DNA of 64,000 nucleotides. It comes from Trichosphaerium sp. ATCC 40318 (Eukaryota; Protista; Tubulinea). Made by a program: the position numbers and the translations under genes. The notes beneath the pieces are model-generated. The model searched no databases. It saw only the letters and a list, made by a program, of their open reading frames with translations, and was not told the DNA's origin. The stretch covers positions 248,001 to 312,000 of the forward strand of contig JALMLS010000320.1 in assembly GCA_038496445.1 (NCBI GenBank). The letters are read 5' to 3'. Positions 1 through 14,026 of the stretch are shown piece after piece; position 1 is the stretch's first letter, and each line of letters opens with the position of its first letter.

Positions 1-3000
1 AAACAGCATAAAGCTGCCCAAGAAAGTAGTTATAGAAGCTGATATTAATGAGATACCAACATGTCCAAGAGCGTTTCGTAGTTTCTGGAGACGTATTCCC
101 TTCTTTGAATAATCTGCTTTTGCCACTCTAAAGTCAATCGCCAAATGCAAAGTATAATCAACACTCAATCCAGCCAAAACAGCAATAGAAATTGCTTCGA
201 TGATACCTATTTTAAACAAACAGTTAATCACACGCTGAATGAGATATCTTTCGTTAATAAAATAACATACCAAGATCCCATCCTATCCATACCATTGTTG
301 CAATGATGGCACAAACAACTCCACAAATCGAGAAAAAAGCAAGAAAAGAGATCAAGATATCGGATGTTGCAATAATGAGAACAAACGCAACAATACCAAG
401 TGATATACCCAATCCAACAAGTGCTGCTTTCACAATCTGTTCTTCGAACTCCATACCTACATACTGAGGACTAGTCTGATACATTCTACGAAGAGAAGGA
501 GGAGTTGTGGGCAAAGCATTGATATTAGCGCTCCACTCTTGCATACTTTCATAAATAGGTCGCACAGTATCAGCAGGATCCAAGAAAGTAAAGGAAGAGA
601 ATCCAAATATCTAATAGAACAAGTAAACAAAAGGTTGTAAGATTGACAAGATTATTAACACTAAAAATGGTACAAAAATAATCGTAAAAGCAGACATACC
701 GAAAACCAGACAATTTGTTGGTCTCCGTTTCCATCTGTTTGACATTGCATCGCTATATTCCATGTATCTTCTTCAGTACGCTTTGCAAAACGTTTCCATG
801 AACATATATTATCAACAAAGGTCTTCTTATCAGTAATAGGCCAAGAATTGTTTGGTTGAGAAACCCAAAAGTCTCTGAAAGCAGTCATAAAACAATTCAT
901 GTTTGATGCAGAGATTAACGGATTACCATCCTCTAAAGTATGTACTTTAATATTGAGCTTTTAGCAACGGCGATTATAAATGCCATTGATGTTACTTACT
1001 TCCTTTTTGTAGAGCAAGGGAATCACAAGTGGAGATTACAGATGATTGAACAGCTACTATGTCATCAAGAGTGAATTCAGGATCGAAAATGGGTTCTCCC
1101 AGTTTCACATCTTTCAAATCAGCTCGAGATCTATCTAATCCTTTTAAACCCCATACAACTGATACTATAACACCATTTCCTCCTGCACTCTAAACCAGAA
1201 TAAGTAAAGGGGAAAAAAACACGAAAAACAGAATACATTGCAAAGTTGTTAGAATTCAACAGAAGATAAGTGTCGCCACATTTCCACTGTCACAAAGAAT
1301 AACGAGCTGTTTTGTTGTTACGTACTTCTGTCGCCAAGAAGAATTTTCCAGTTTTAGTAACAAGTTGTTGAATTGGATGACTGTCAGGAAGGAACGCTAA
1401 CAGTGATTTTAAGCGAAATGACAAAATATAATAATGAGTACCTTCCGCTTCTTGTATAGGCTTTATTGTGGTTGCAAAGTAAAGTGTAACACCAATAAAC
1501 ACAATAAATAAAACGATTATAACAAACCTTGCTTTGTGAACATAGGTCGAGAAAGGTCCTTCAAAGAATATCTCCATCCATCTTCTATCCTGTTGATCCT
1601 TGTCATGAGAGCCTAAAAAACACCTTTAGTAAGGAGAAGCCACAAGAAGTTATCATTTACAAAGCACATACTCTTGTCTTTTAGATTACTTCGTTCAATA
1701 TCATCGCTAATCCCTTCTTCTGATTCGGGATCTCTACAACACCAACAACCATGCTTACAATACTTTAGATTGCATCCTTCGTCATCACTATTATCTTCTT
1801 CTTCTGGCTCGGGATCTTTGAAACAACAACAGCAGCAACTCTTACAATACCTATTTGCGAGAATAACACAAGCAGGCCAAAAAGTGATGGCCATTGCATA
1901 ATCAACTCTACGAAAAACATGAGTAACAAAGCAAGCTGTTACTTTTTCTCTGAGAAAACGCACAAAATGATTGTTCCAGCAAAAACACCAAAGTTTCTTA
2001 TTGAAGGTATGATTGAGAATGCGTTTGCATAAAAAGCGCCAGCCGTTGTTATAGTGGTGATGAGCATAGCAACAGTAGACTTTTTGTATGCCCAAGCAAG
2101 TCTCGTTTCTAAAAAACACGTTAGAACAAAGACAAGCACTTGAATTCGTTTTTTAAGGTTGAGTGTACTTAAACTTCCTGAAATTACAGGTGCTTCAAAT
2201 GCAGATTGTCTCCATGCATCCATAAATACAAATTCATCATCTGTACCAATTGCGACAATAACATAAAGTGCCAAGAAGTTAAAATTCCCAAACACTCTTT
2301 GCTGAAAAATCTAAGAATTGTTTAGAGATACTAATTTCTTATTTTTTACTTAATGTACCGCTTGTGTTATAAACAGAGCTGTAGGAAATGCAATACATAT
2401 TTCTACAAGACCAAGGAAAGCAAGAATACCCGATCTAGCCCATCAGTTTAGTATCAGACAACTAGATTCGCTATGTACCTGAGATGAAACCACATGTAAA
2501 AGAAAACCATTATCAATCCAACAACAGCAAGCAAACCATCCCTAAGATTTATTAATACTCAGTAAGTGTAAAAGAAAGAGTTTGTTTCGGGTACGTTAGT
2601 AAGAGACTATTGACTTCCTTATCGATAATACCACTTCCAGAGTAAAGTATTGTTAATCCAGTGTCTTTTTCTTTAAACTGTTTTTTCACCCACGAATGAT
2701 ACGAGTCAGCCTAGTATACCTTAGCTGCGTAGTATGGAATAACAAAGTAAAAATAGCAAAGCAGAATCAGTAGTATGAATTTATAGCAAAACAAACAGAG
2801 ACTCTAGGTGAGCGCACAATGAATTTCTCAACTGATTCTGCCTGTGCGTCTTCATTTGATTTTGTATTGTTATATCCTTTCAAAGGAACTCCGAAGAAAT
2901 ACCCCAATCTCATAGCAGAAGTGCTACAAAAAACAATTAGGAGCGTTTCAAACACGTGAACAAATACATAAAACTAATGTTACTACTCAGTACCTTATAC

Positions 3001-3874
3001 TACCATTACCAAAGTCTTTACCAAAGAAAGTAAACTTTAAGTTCTGCAGCGTGTTAGTAAGCAAGTACACAGAATGTATGAAATGAGATTAGCGCTACTA
3101 ATGAAGTACCTCCGCCAGTGGTGTCATCGAATCTGATAGTTGCTTAGCCGCCATTGTAGGTGTTACATTAAGAGCTGCAGCATAATCGAAAATATTAAAG
3201 TTGACAGCAGGTGTGCCATCATCTACGGAAAAAATAAATATGCGATTCTATTGCTTGCAGTTAACTACAAATACCTTCTAACCACTGTGAAGTGGTATAT
3301 CCACCAACTGTGGTGATATAGTTGTGTAGTGCTTGTATCCTTTCAAGGCGTGGAGAAGCCATCAAATCAGCGTCTAGCGTCAAATCAGAATTCTACGTTT
3401 TCACATGCAATAGTTTTTTGTAAGTTGTAAAATTCTTGTTTACCTTCTGGATCAGCTATGATAGTGAGTTGTAGGTTATAGTCGGGTTCAGAACGCTCAG
3501 GTTGCACAAGCTAGATGAATACTGTTAGAGTTTAACAAAACACAACGAACGTGCGCTGCTGGGTAGATTGGCGTCATCTACATCTTCTCTGGCAATATTA
3601 AAAGCTTCATCTCTGTCCGCTAGGTCACTTACAACACTGAACGCGGTGAGTATACAAGTTAAACGAAAGATGAAGTGTTAAGAAGTCAGTCGGGTTTTTG
3701 TTGGCAAAGAGCTTACTTGTCCAGTACACCTTGAGAGTCAAGGTTGAATTTGAATACTGTAAATGATAGTATCGACATTAAAACGCATACAGTAAGGGAT
3801 ATTGAGAAAACAATCCAGGCACGTGTGATTATCAAGTTTGTAAACCAAAAAGTCTTTGGTTCTGTATGAGGCAT
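1..3874 (-). CDS. Dispatched/Patched-like RND sterol-sensing transporter, copy 1 (multi-exon; 3' end runs off the window)
   Basis: Exon ORFs carry SSD motifs IVAIGTDDEFVFMDAWRQS and AGLSVDYTLHLA. Starts MPHTEPKTFW at 3874. Closely paralogous to 6478-10911. Confidence 0.85.
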
Positions 3875-4902
3875 CTTGGTTATGAATAAAGAGCGGCTTT
3901 GTTGCTTGAGTTAAATGATTTGTACTAGTTTACAGAATACGACAAGGTGTGACTTAACATTGCGAACAAAAAAATTAGTGCTTTTTTTGTCACTTGATGC
4001 CAAACACATCTTACAACCTCATAGAGCTTGATCTGCGTCAGGGTTTTTCGGAAATTGTTGGTCATTTATTGGTACTTACCCGAATCACGTTTACCAAGAT
4101 TCTAGGGTCCATCCGCATCCCAAAGTTTCCCAAGGTCATAGTTAGATGTGCGAATAACCGAAGAAGCTATTGTTTTGTCCCAGACTTTTCATAAATCTTT
4201 TCACGTGCCAAATATGGGTAAACACGAGAATTGCCCAAAAAAAAACTAAAGCTGTTTTACATCTTGTCTTTATTGCTGTTGTAACTATGACTGCTATTAT
4301 ACGGCGGTTTCGAGACTGCTGAGCTTTTGTGTTACGGCACTTAACTGTTTTCCGGAAATCGAAATTGTGGAATCCAAATAAACATAGCATCAGAGGAAGA
4401 CCCAAAACACGTGCGGTTAAACGACAAAAAACTTGCGGTACACTTTAAGACCAACAATGAATTAGTTTGGAGACAATAGAATATGTGTTTACCAGCTAAC
4501 AAGCAAACCAAGGCTTTGAAGTTCCCATAATACTTTCTCTGATACCTTTGACATATGTACACTCTCAGCCCATGCACCGTTTATATGCCATACTTAATGA
4601 CCGTCTACTAAGTGCTACGCCAAGACCATTATGCCACTCTTTTTATTCTCCTGATAACTTACTGTTCTCATTGTAATATAGTACATTCTTCAAATTTAAC
4701 ACAATGTGAGTAATAAAGCAAGTTGCGACTTTTCCTTTGAGTCAGTTCGCTTCCACGTGATAAGCTCAGTCACAATGGACCACAGAGGTAATAAAAAACA
4801 GTTTGAACTGGCCTCTGATGCATTAAATCAAAGGTAAAACGTGTCTTTTGATTTACATCGTGCTAAAACAATAGTTGTAGTGCTGAAACAACATTATTGG
4901 AC

Positions 4903-5739
4903 ATGCCTATTGAGATTCTAGCTATTATTTTAACTCATACGACAAAAGATCGATTTGCAGCTTGTCAAACATGTCGTATGTTTTCTTCTATCATTTATGA
5001 CATTGTCGGATACGATAGAATAATTATAAGAACAGAAAAACAAGCAAAAGAAGTTGTAAATCACTCCGGAATCATGAAACACACAAGAATCAATTTACTT
5101 TTCGTGAGCAATGACGTAAAGATTCTGGAACTATTTGCAGGAGCTCATACAATTGATCTTAATTTCTCTTATGTGACAGATGAAGGACTGAAAGCAATTG
5201 CAGGTGTTCATACAATATATCTTCAACTTACATCAGTAACAGATGTGGGAGTAAACGCGCTTGCTGGTGTTCATACAATTGATCTTTCTTACACCTCAGT
5301 GACAGATGAAGCAATTAAGAGTCTTATTGGTGTACACACCATTACCCTTCGCAATTGTAACATTGCAATTGAAGGAATTAAAGCACTCAAAGGTGTTCAT
5401 GAGATAGCGCTGTCCAAACCAAAAGATTCATGGCTCAAACACCTTTGCAATGTACACAGTATCACTTTTTTTTCTGCTGAGGATATAACAGATGATGGAA
5501 TCAGAGCATTGACCAATGTCAAACATCTTTACCTTAGTCATTGTCCTGATGTCACAGACTTGGGCTTTAAGACATTGGTCAACCTTGAACAACTCGAACT
5601 GAATAATTGTCCAAAGATTACAAATGACTGCTTGAGGTACTTGAGATCTCTAAAACATATTACATCAAAGTATTCTGGAGTCACAAAAGAGTGTGTTGAG
5701 TCAATGGGTATTCAATTTCGTACCATGTATTGCAACTAG
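4903..5739 (+). CDS. F-box/LRR protein, intronless
   Basis: N-terminal MPIEILAIIL..ACQTCR F-box, then repeated VHTIDLSYTSVTDEG LRRs. Confidence 0.85.
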   Translation: MPIEILAIILTHTTKDRFAACQTCRMFSSIIYDIVGYDRIIIRTEKQAKEVVNHSGIMKHTRINLLFVSNDVKILELFAGAHTIDLNFSYVTDEGLKAIAGVHTIYLQLTSVTDVGVNALAGVHTIDLSYTSVTDEAIKSLIGVHTITLRNCNIAIEGIKALKGVHEIALSKPKDSWLKHLCNVHSITFFSAEDITDDGIRALTNVKHLYLSHCPDVTDLGFKTLVNLEQLELNNCPKITNDCLRYLRSLKHITSKYSGVTKECVESMGIQFRTMYCN

Positions 5740-6477
5740 TTCAAATAAACACCTACAACATACAATTATTAAAGTACCAAATCTTAGCACATTTTATTTT
5801 TGAAGGTGTTGTTTTAAAGCCCTGAAATAAAAGATTCAAATACCACAGTTCTAGATTAATGTGAAAAATGCGGTATGCCTGATGCTCATTATCCTCAGAA
5901 GTATTGAGGACGTTATCATGATCAGGGTATCCACGTGTCGTTGTTCGTTTTGCACAAATTATCTATGTATGATCACGAGACATCCTGTACGCATAGAAAC
6001 ACATGTGAAGGTATACTCTTTAGCTATGTAGATCTGAACTCCACACCAACAATTGGCGCAACAAGGAAATTGGGTAACATAATCGTTAAAATTTTCAAAC
6101 CAGTAGTCTTTACTGTCGTAAGTACTTATGGTTAACAACCGCTTGCTTACAAATAAAGAATAGGTACAAATGAATAATCATTCCTTACATAATAAAGAGC
6201 GTCTTGAATCTGCTAGGCATGGATTTGTTTTTATCTACAAGTTCAGGTGACAAAAACCTACAGATAAACTTTCCAGTTGTAGTTCAACCACGAAACGTGT
6301 TGTTGATGAGCGAAGATGCTACAAAGTTAAGACGTTTGACTGCAATAGACCAGATTTTTTAATGGCAGACTTATCACAACATAACAGTAGGAAATAGTAA
6401 GGAAACTCAACCTTAATCCTAGGTGTTATTGGTAAACAAAGTTGATCTCTATTTTTTTTTTATTGTTTGAGTCTGTT

Positions 6478-9400
6478 TTACAAATTAGCGTCATCGTCAT
6501 CGTCTGAGCTTGTACTCTCCTTTCTTTTCTTTGATTTTATCGCTCCTTTGGCGTCTTCGCCTGATAGGGAGAAGTGATAACGGTATTGCTAGTAAAGAGT
6601 TATTGATTATTGTTTTACAAATCTGAACAAGAAATTTCAAGTACGTACAACTTTTCTTCCAAGTAGTTTCATGAGCCAATACCACCATGAAAATCGATTA
6701 TCACGTGGTCCAATAAATGCAAGTAATGATACAAATAGTAGAAAGGCAAATATAAGTGAGTAGCCAACTACCATAACCATGAATGCGCCAAACTAAACAA
6801 ACGAAATGTAAGGAAAAAAGTAAGAAAAAAATGATAAAAACAATTCTCAAAGACCTTTTTTCGATATTCTCAGTAATTGGAGCGATTTCAAGTATTAACA
6901 AGGCGAAAGATTGATAAGCGTACCTTGAAGAAGAAGCGAAGTTGTGCGAAAAAAAGCATAACACTTCCGAAGAAAGTAGTTATAGAAGCTGATATTAATG
7001 AGATACCAACATGCCCAAGAGCGTTCCTTATTTTCTGAAGACGTATTCCCTTCTTTGAATAATTCGCTTTAGCAAGTCTGAAATCAATCGCCAAATGCAA
7101 AGTATAATCAACACTCAATCCAGCCAATACAGCAATAGAAATAGCTTCAACGATACCTATTTTAAACAGTTAATCACACGCTGAATGAGATATCTTTCGT
7201 TAATAAAATAACATACCAAGATCCCATCCTACCCATACCATCGTCGCAATGATGGCACAAACAACTCCACAAATCGAGAAAAAAGCAAGAAAAGAGATCA
7301 AGATATCGGAAGTTGCAATAATAAGAACAAATGCAACAATACCGAGTGATATACCCAATCCAACAAGTGCTGCTTTTACAATCTGTTCTTCAAACTCCAT
7401 GCCTACATACTGAGGACTAGTCTGATACATTCTACGAAGAGAAAGAGGTGTTGTAGGCAAAGCATTGATATTAGCACTCCACTCTTGCATACTTTCATAA
7501 ACAGGTCGCACAGTATCAGCAGGATCCAAGAAAGTAAAGGAAGAGAATCCAAATATCTGAAAAAAGTGAGAAGTCATAGAAAAGTTTTTAGATTGTTGGC
7601 TTAAGGGGTGAGGCTGTTTTTATGTCGTATGCTGAAAAAGGCTGTGAAACGCAAAAAAAAAGCTGCTAACAGCAAACATACCGAAAACCAGATAATTTGT
7701 TGATCTCCATTTCCATCTGTTTGACATTGCATGGCTATATTCCATGTATCTTCTTCAGTACGCTTTGCAAAACGTTTCCATGAACATATGTTATCAACAA
7801 AGGTCCTTTTATCAGTAATAGGCCAAGAATTGTTTGGTTGAGAAACCCAAAAGTCTCTGAAAGCAGTCATAAAACAGTTCATGTTTGATGCAGAGATTAA
7901 CGGATTACCATCCTCTAAAATAGATATTAATATTGAGCACGTGACATTGTGATTAGAAAATACATTGATGTTACTTACTTCCTTTTTGTAGAGCAAGGGA
8001 ATCACAAGTGGAGATTACAGATGATTGAACGTCTACAATATCATCAAGTGTGAACTGAGAGTCATACACGGGTTCTCCTAATTTCGCATCTTCAAAATCC
8101 GCCCGAGATCTATCTAATCCTGTTATACCCCACACTACAGATACTACAACGCCATTCCCTCCAGCGCTCTAAACCAGAATAAACAAGGGGAAAAAAGAAC
8201 ATAAAAAAATGAGATAAAATAGAACAGTGTGACGCGTCACAAATTTTTTTTTGTATGAGTAATGCAATATCATTGAGTTACAGAGTGGGGGAAACTTGAA
8301 GAAGACGGTTGTTTGATTGTTACGTACTTCTGTCGCCAAGAAGAATTTTCCAGTTTTAGTAACAAGTTGTTGAATTGGATGACTGTCAGGAAGGAACGCT
8401 AACAGTGATTTTAAGCAAAATGATAAACTATAATATCAATTACCTTCCGCTTCTTGTAAAGGCTCCAATGTGGTTGCAAAGTATAGTGTAACGCCAATGA
8501 ACACAATGAATAAAACGATGATAACAAATCTCGCTTTGAAAACGAATGTGGAGTACGGTCCTTCAAAGAATATCTCCATCCATCTTCTATCCTTTTTGAT
8601 AGCCTTTTGATCCTTCTCATAAGAACCTGTCGTAAGAAAAAAGTTAGTGAGGATGGAGATCAACTAAAAGGACTTAAAAAGAACAGTACTCATTTTGGAT
8701 TTTAGATTGCTTCCTTCAACGTCATCGTTATTATCTTCTTCTTCTGGTTCAGGGTCTTTGAAACAACAACAGCAGCAGCTCTTACAATACCTATTTGCGA
8801 GAATAACACAAGCAGGCCAAAAAGTGATGGCCATTGCATAATCAACTCTACGAAAAACATGAGTAACACAAAGCAAGCTGTTAATTTTTCTCTGAGAAAA
8901 CGCACAAAATGATTGTTCCAGCAAAAACACCAAAGTTTCTTATTGAAGGTATGATTGAGAATGCGTTTGCATAAAAAGCACCAGCCGTTGTTATAGTGGT
9001 GATGAGCATAGCAACAGTAGATTTTTTGTATGCCCAAGCAAGTCTCGTTTCTAAAAAAAACACGTGAGAACAAAGACAAGCACTAGAATTCGTTTTTAAG
9101 GTTGAGTGTACTTAAACTTCCTGAAATTACAGGTGCTTCAAACGCAGATTGTCTCCATGCATCCATAAATACAAATTCGTCATCTGTACCAATTGCAACA
9201 ATAACGTAAAGTGCCAAGAAGTTAAAAGTCGCAAACACTCTTTGCTGAAAAATCTAAGAAGTTTCTGAAGTTAGCTCTCTAAATACTTGTAGTGTAGTGA
9301 TCATACCGCTTGTGTTATGAATAAAGTTGTAGGAAATGCGAGGCATATTTCTAGGATACCAAGAAAAGCGAGGACGCACGATCTGGAGCACATCAGTGGA

Positions 9401-10911
9401 GTTCGTAAAGAAAAACAATTGTGTAGAGTCAATGTTCGTTATGTACCTAAGATGAAACCACATGTAAAAGAAAACCATTATCAATCCAACAACAGCAAGC
9501 AAACCATCCCTAAGATTTATTAGTACTCAGTAGGTGTAAAAGAAAGAGTCTTCTTGGGTTACCTTAGTATAAGACTGTTGAATTCTCTTGTGATTATACC
9601 ACTTCCAGAGTAAAGTATTGTTAATCCAGTGTCTTTTTCCCTAAACTGTTTTACAACCCAGTTATAATATGAGTCCACCTAGCGACATTTTAGATTCATT
9701 ACACAACAAAAACTATACTATCAAACTAGTGCAATAGACTACAGAAGAAAGTAAAAAAATTACTAGTGCAAACGTGACGAGCTTCTCATTGAGCCGCCTA
9801 AAACCACGTACAATAAATTTCTCAACTGATTCTTCTTGTGCGTCTTCATTTGATTTTGTATTGTTATATCCTTTCAAAGGAACTCCGAAGAAATACCCCA
9901 ATCTCATAGCAGAAGTGCTACAAAAACAATTAGCAGCGTTTCAAACATGTGAACAAATACATAAAACTAATGTTACTACTCAGTACCTTATACTGCCATT
10001 ACCAAAGTCTTTACCAAAGAAAGTAAACTTTAAGTTCTACAAGCTTGCGTCAGTAAATGACAAAAAAAAACCAAGCAATGAATATTTTGTAGGAAAATTA
10101 GTTTTCCCGAACTCTGTTATGCTATTTATGTACCTCTGCCTGTGGCGTCATTGAATCTGATAGTTGCTCAGCTGCCAGTGCAGGTGTTACATTAAGAGCT
10201 GCAGCATAATCGAAAATATTAAAGTTGACAGCAGGTGTGCCATCATCTACGGAAAAAATAAATATGCGATTCTGTTGCTTGCAGTTAACTACAAATACCT
10301 TCTAACCACTGTGAAGTGGTATATCCACCAACTGTGGTGATATAGTTGTGTAGTGCTTGTATCCTCTCAAGGCGTGGAGAAGCCATCAAATCGGCGTCTA
10401 GCGTCAAATCAGAATTGTAGTTTTGTCACGTGCTGTGAATTGCCTTTTTGAATATTTTAAAATTCTTGTTTACCTTCTGGATCAGCTATGATAGTGAGTT
10501 GTAGGTTATAGTCGGGTTCAGAACGCTCAGGTTGCACTAACTAGATGAATACTGTTAGAGTTTAACAAAACACAACGAACGTGCGCTACTAGGTAGATTA
10601 GCATCATTTACATCTCCTCTAGCAATATTAAAGGCTTCATCTCTGTCTGCTAGGTCGCTCACGACACTGAACGCGGTTATTAGATCGTTTACGCAAAACA
10701 AACGAACGATGGAATGTTTTTAAAAGTCTGAGGTCTTTGTAGAAAAAACTTACTTGTCCAGTACACCTTGAGAGTCAAGGTTAAATCTGAATATTGCAAG
10801 TGATAGTACTGACATTACAATACATACACTAAGAGATATTGCGAAAACAAACCACGTGTGCGTGATGAGCAAGTTTGTAAACCAAAAAGTCTTTGGTTCT
10901 GTATGAGGCAT
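6478..10911 (-). CDS. Dispatched/Patched-like RND transporter, copy 2 (complete, multi-exon)
   Basis: Same motifs and exon structure as copy 1. Spliced C-terminus ends ..STSSDDDDANL*. Confidence 0.85.
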
Positions 10912-11771
10912 CTTTTTTTATGAAGAAAAGAACACCTTTCGTTGCTTTGGTTGAACGCGTTGTACTGATTTATAGAATAATGACAAGTCGTGTCACGTGA
11001 CTTAATTTTCCGGAGGAATAGATTAAAGTGCTTTTTTTAGAGTACTCGATGCCAAACGCATCCTGCAGCATAATGGAGCTATATCTGCGTCGGGTTTTTT
11101 GGAGATTTTTGGTAAAGCGATACCCGACTATTGATGACGTTTACTCAAGATTCTAGGATCCAACCGCCTCCTAAAGTTTCCCAAGGTCATCACCAGGTAC
11201 ATTAACAACCAGAGAAGCTATAATCGGGGTCCGGGCAAATCATATACCTTTTCACTGTCCTCGTCAAATTAAGGCAAACAAGTTAAAAAATCAACATCAA
11301 AACAATGCCTAGAGATGCTTTTCGTACTGTTATTTTTATTGTTACATAGGACTTGTTTGTCATAGCTCTTCATTGGTTGACAACATTTTTGCACGTTCGC
11401 TTGCTAGAGAGTGTACCTCAGGATCGTATGTAACTAAGAGTGTTAGTATACTGCGGTTTAAGACTATTGATATTTGTTTTGTACCGTTATTTTGGACAAT
11501 GGTGGTAAATGAATATGTACAGAAATTACAACAACACTAAGCAAATAGTTAGTGTTTGTGGCTATGGACAAAAAATAATCCCGAAGAGACACTATTAGTT
11601 GAAACTGTTAAAAGCGTCTTACGACTTTTTGAGGAGTCTGTGTATTACCCATATGTAAATTCAGGCTGACGAGTTGTTTTTACTGACAAAGGGCGTTCCG
11701 AACATCAAGGAAAAAGTTTGAATAGTTATTGTTCAGTTGGTTTTTTAAGCGTTCGTAAGTTTGCAGTGAGT

Positions 11772-12445
11772 TCACAATGGTGAAACAAACTTAGGAACAT
11801 AATCAATAACGTTTTTTCTTTCAAAAAATCATGGAATTTCTACCACGTGCTAGTTGAAAAGATATCAAAATCTATCTAAACGCACGCAAAAAACGACAGT
11901 AGCAAGCAATCCACAAATAGATAATAGCCAGCAAATCATACGCATATCTTTACAATCAGCATCAGAAAGACTATGTGAAATACAATAATCAGTAACATCT
12001 GGTCCTGCGTTTACTATTGCCAAAGACATTAAAATAGTTCCAGCAAGAGCAGATGCAATCAATACACCAAAATACTAATGTCAAGAAAGTGTCAGCGACA
12101 TTTTAGAGAAATGTTCTCTTGATGTTGATTAAAACAGTTGTAGCGATACGTACAGCTTGTGCGACGCGCACTCGAGGTAGGAAAGCGGCAACTAACCCAA
12201 ATAGACCAGTCAGAATATAAATTACACCTAGATGGCGTTAGACGCCTTAATTTAATACTTAAATGTACGAAACACGCACCAGCTGCGACTTGATACCAAT
12301 TTGTTAGTCCACGAATAAATGTGGTAGCTACAACTACTACTCCACCAAGCTAGGACAGAATTAAACAAAATGTCGGCAATAATTTGCGTACAATCATCAA
12401 TCCAGCAAATACTTTGAGGTAGGCAGTCCACGCGCGAAGCGTCAT
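11772..12445 (-). CDS. Small multi-pass membrane protein (tetraspanin-like topology)
   Basis: Four hydrophobic segments with a Cys-containing loop (YCISHSLSDADC); exons joined by GT-AG introns. Confidence 0.55.
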
Positions 12446-12767
12446 GACGTTACTACGCCCACGGCTCATTGTGGTGGTTCTCATGACATCAGAAGCAAAA
12501 TAACTTGACGCAGCTAAGTCACATTTACATTAAACCGTCAAAAACAGTTATACGTGAGTTCGACAACGCTAAGCGATAAGGTGCGCGTTTGTAAGTTATA
12601 TTTTTACTTTCTGTGTCTTTCGATGTAAACGTTCAATGTTTGTCGTAAAACACTGCGGTGCATTGTTTAGAACCTAAACCAACGTTTAAACAAAAATAAC
12701 TAATAATCATCAAAGGCACCCGTTATTCCGCAGTGCAGCGTCCAGCACATACTGTTTACACGCCACA

Positions 12768-13806
12768 ATGATATTTGCAACAATTGGTGCATCATTTCAA
12801 GTTGCCTTTGCTTTAGCAGGTACGAAAACAACGTGTACATGCGCCACACACAAAATAGTAAAGTTAAACTGCGTCTAGAGTTTAGAATATTTTGGTTATT
12901 AGTAGGCTTGCTAGCTGGAGCCCTTATTGTGTTACTATACGCTGACCTGTGCGTGATCGTTGTTCCTAGAGGGCTACAAACTGTAAAAGAAATAAGCGAC
13001 TTTCTAGAAGGACAAAACCCAATCAAAGATAAAGAAACAGATTCTGATCGTCCTTTAAAGCCGATATCTAATGCAAACTCGTACGTCCCAACAGTTGGAC
13101 GCTAAAACGCCGTTATTCCGGTTTCGGATGAATTCAAACTCCACTAATTGTCCGTTCGTTGGGTTAATACGTGTACTAGGTGGCGTAGTATACCAGTTAT
13201 AAAACTACCAAACAAGCCAATCGGTAGATTTAGATCAAATGGTGTTCAATCCGCTCCATCTCTCAGCTCTGATATTGAAGACACAGAAGAAGATGAAGAA
13301 GAGCCTGAGGCTCAAGGTTTCTTGGCTTTTACTGCACCTAAGGCTTTGAATCAGTTTAAAACTGAAAGGCTAGAAAAGAAGAAGGCACTTGAAGAAGCAG
13401 AAAAAAAAAAAGTTAAAAAAAGAAGATGGCGAAGAAACAGAGGTCAAAAAACTGCTTCTGGAGGTCTTGAAAGATCTACTACAAGTGTTACATTCAATGA
13501 TAGCGATTCAATGTTTACAGACGACACAATATCACATAATAACATATCCAACGACATGGTGCGTCCGAACATCTTTGGTCGTTTTTTTTTCGGAAAATTA
13601 CTTGACAACCTTCTGATTAAGTTCTTTTTTGACAGGTTGCACAATCTAAGATTTGGTTTCTTGGTCGATGGCTCATTGCTAGCTTGTTAAATTCACCTCT
13701 TACTCTTCTAGTTTATGTATGCAAGTATTTTGGTATTGAGGTAAAGTACAACAAGCCAAGACCAAAAAGAGTTTCTCCATGAAAAACTTTCTTGTAAGTC
13801 CTTTAA
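12768..13806 (+). CDS. Hypothetical protein with N-terminal TM segment and acidic/basic region
   Basis: Exon ORFs at 12833-13105 and 13148-13690 can be joined by short introns. End is approximate. Confidence 0.45.
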
Positions 13807-14026
13807 TAAAAAATTCTGTAACACCATTAATTTAATCTATCTCTTAAATCCCTACGCCGTCCCTCAACAGTGTCGGTTGCAAGTTGTTTATGGATAACAG
13901 GTACAATTTTGGAAGTCTTTCTTTTTTTGCTTGATTCAGTACACCTAATACGTTGAGTCCTTGTCTGGTTTTTTTCTGGAAGCTTATTACGCTTACCATT
14001 ACGCTACGAAAACTTTTTAACTCGGA

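Noticed and set aside
5878-5927. Hairpin CCTGAT..TCCTCA/TGAGGA..ATCAGG as a SECIS
   Set aside because: No in-frame UGA in adjacent genes and no proper SECIS core.
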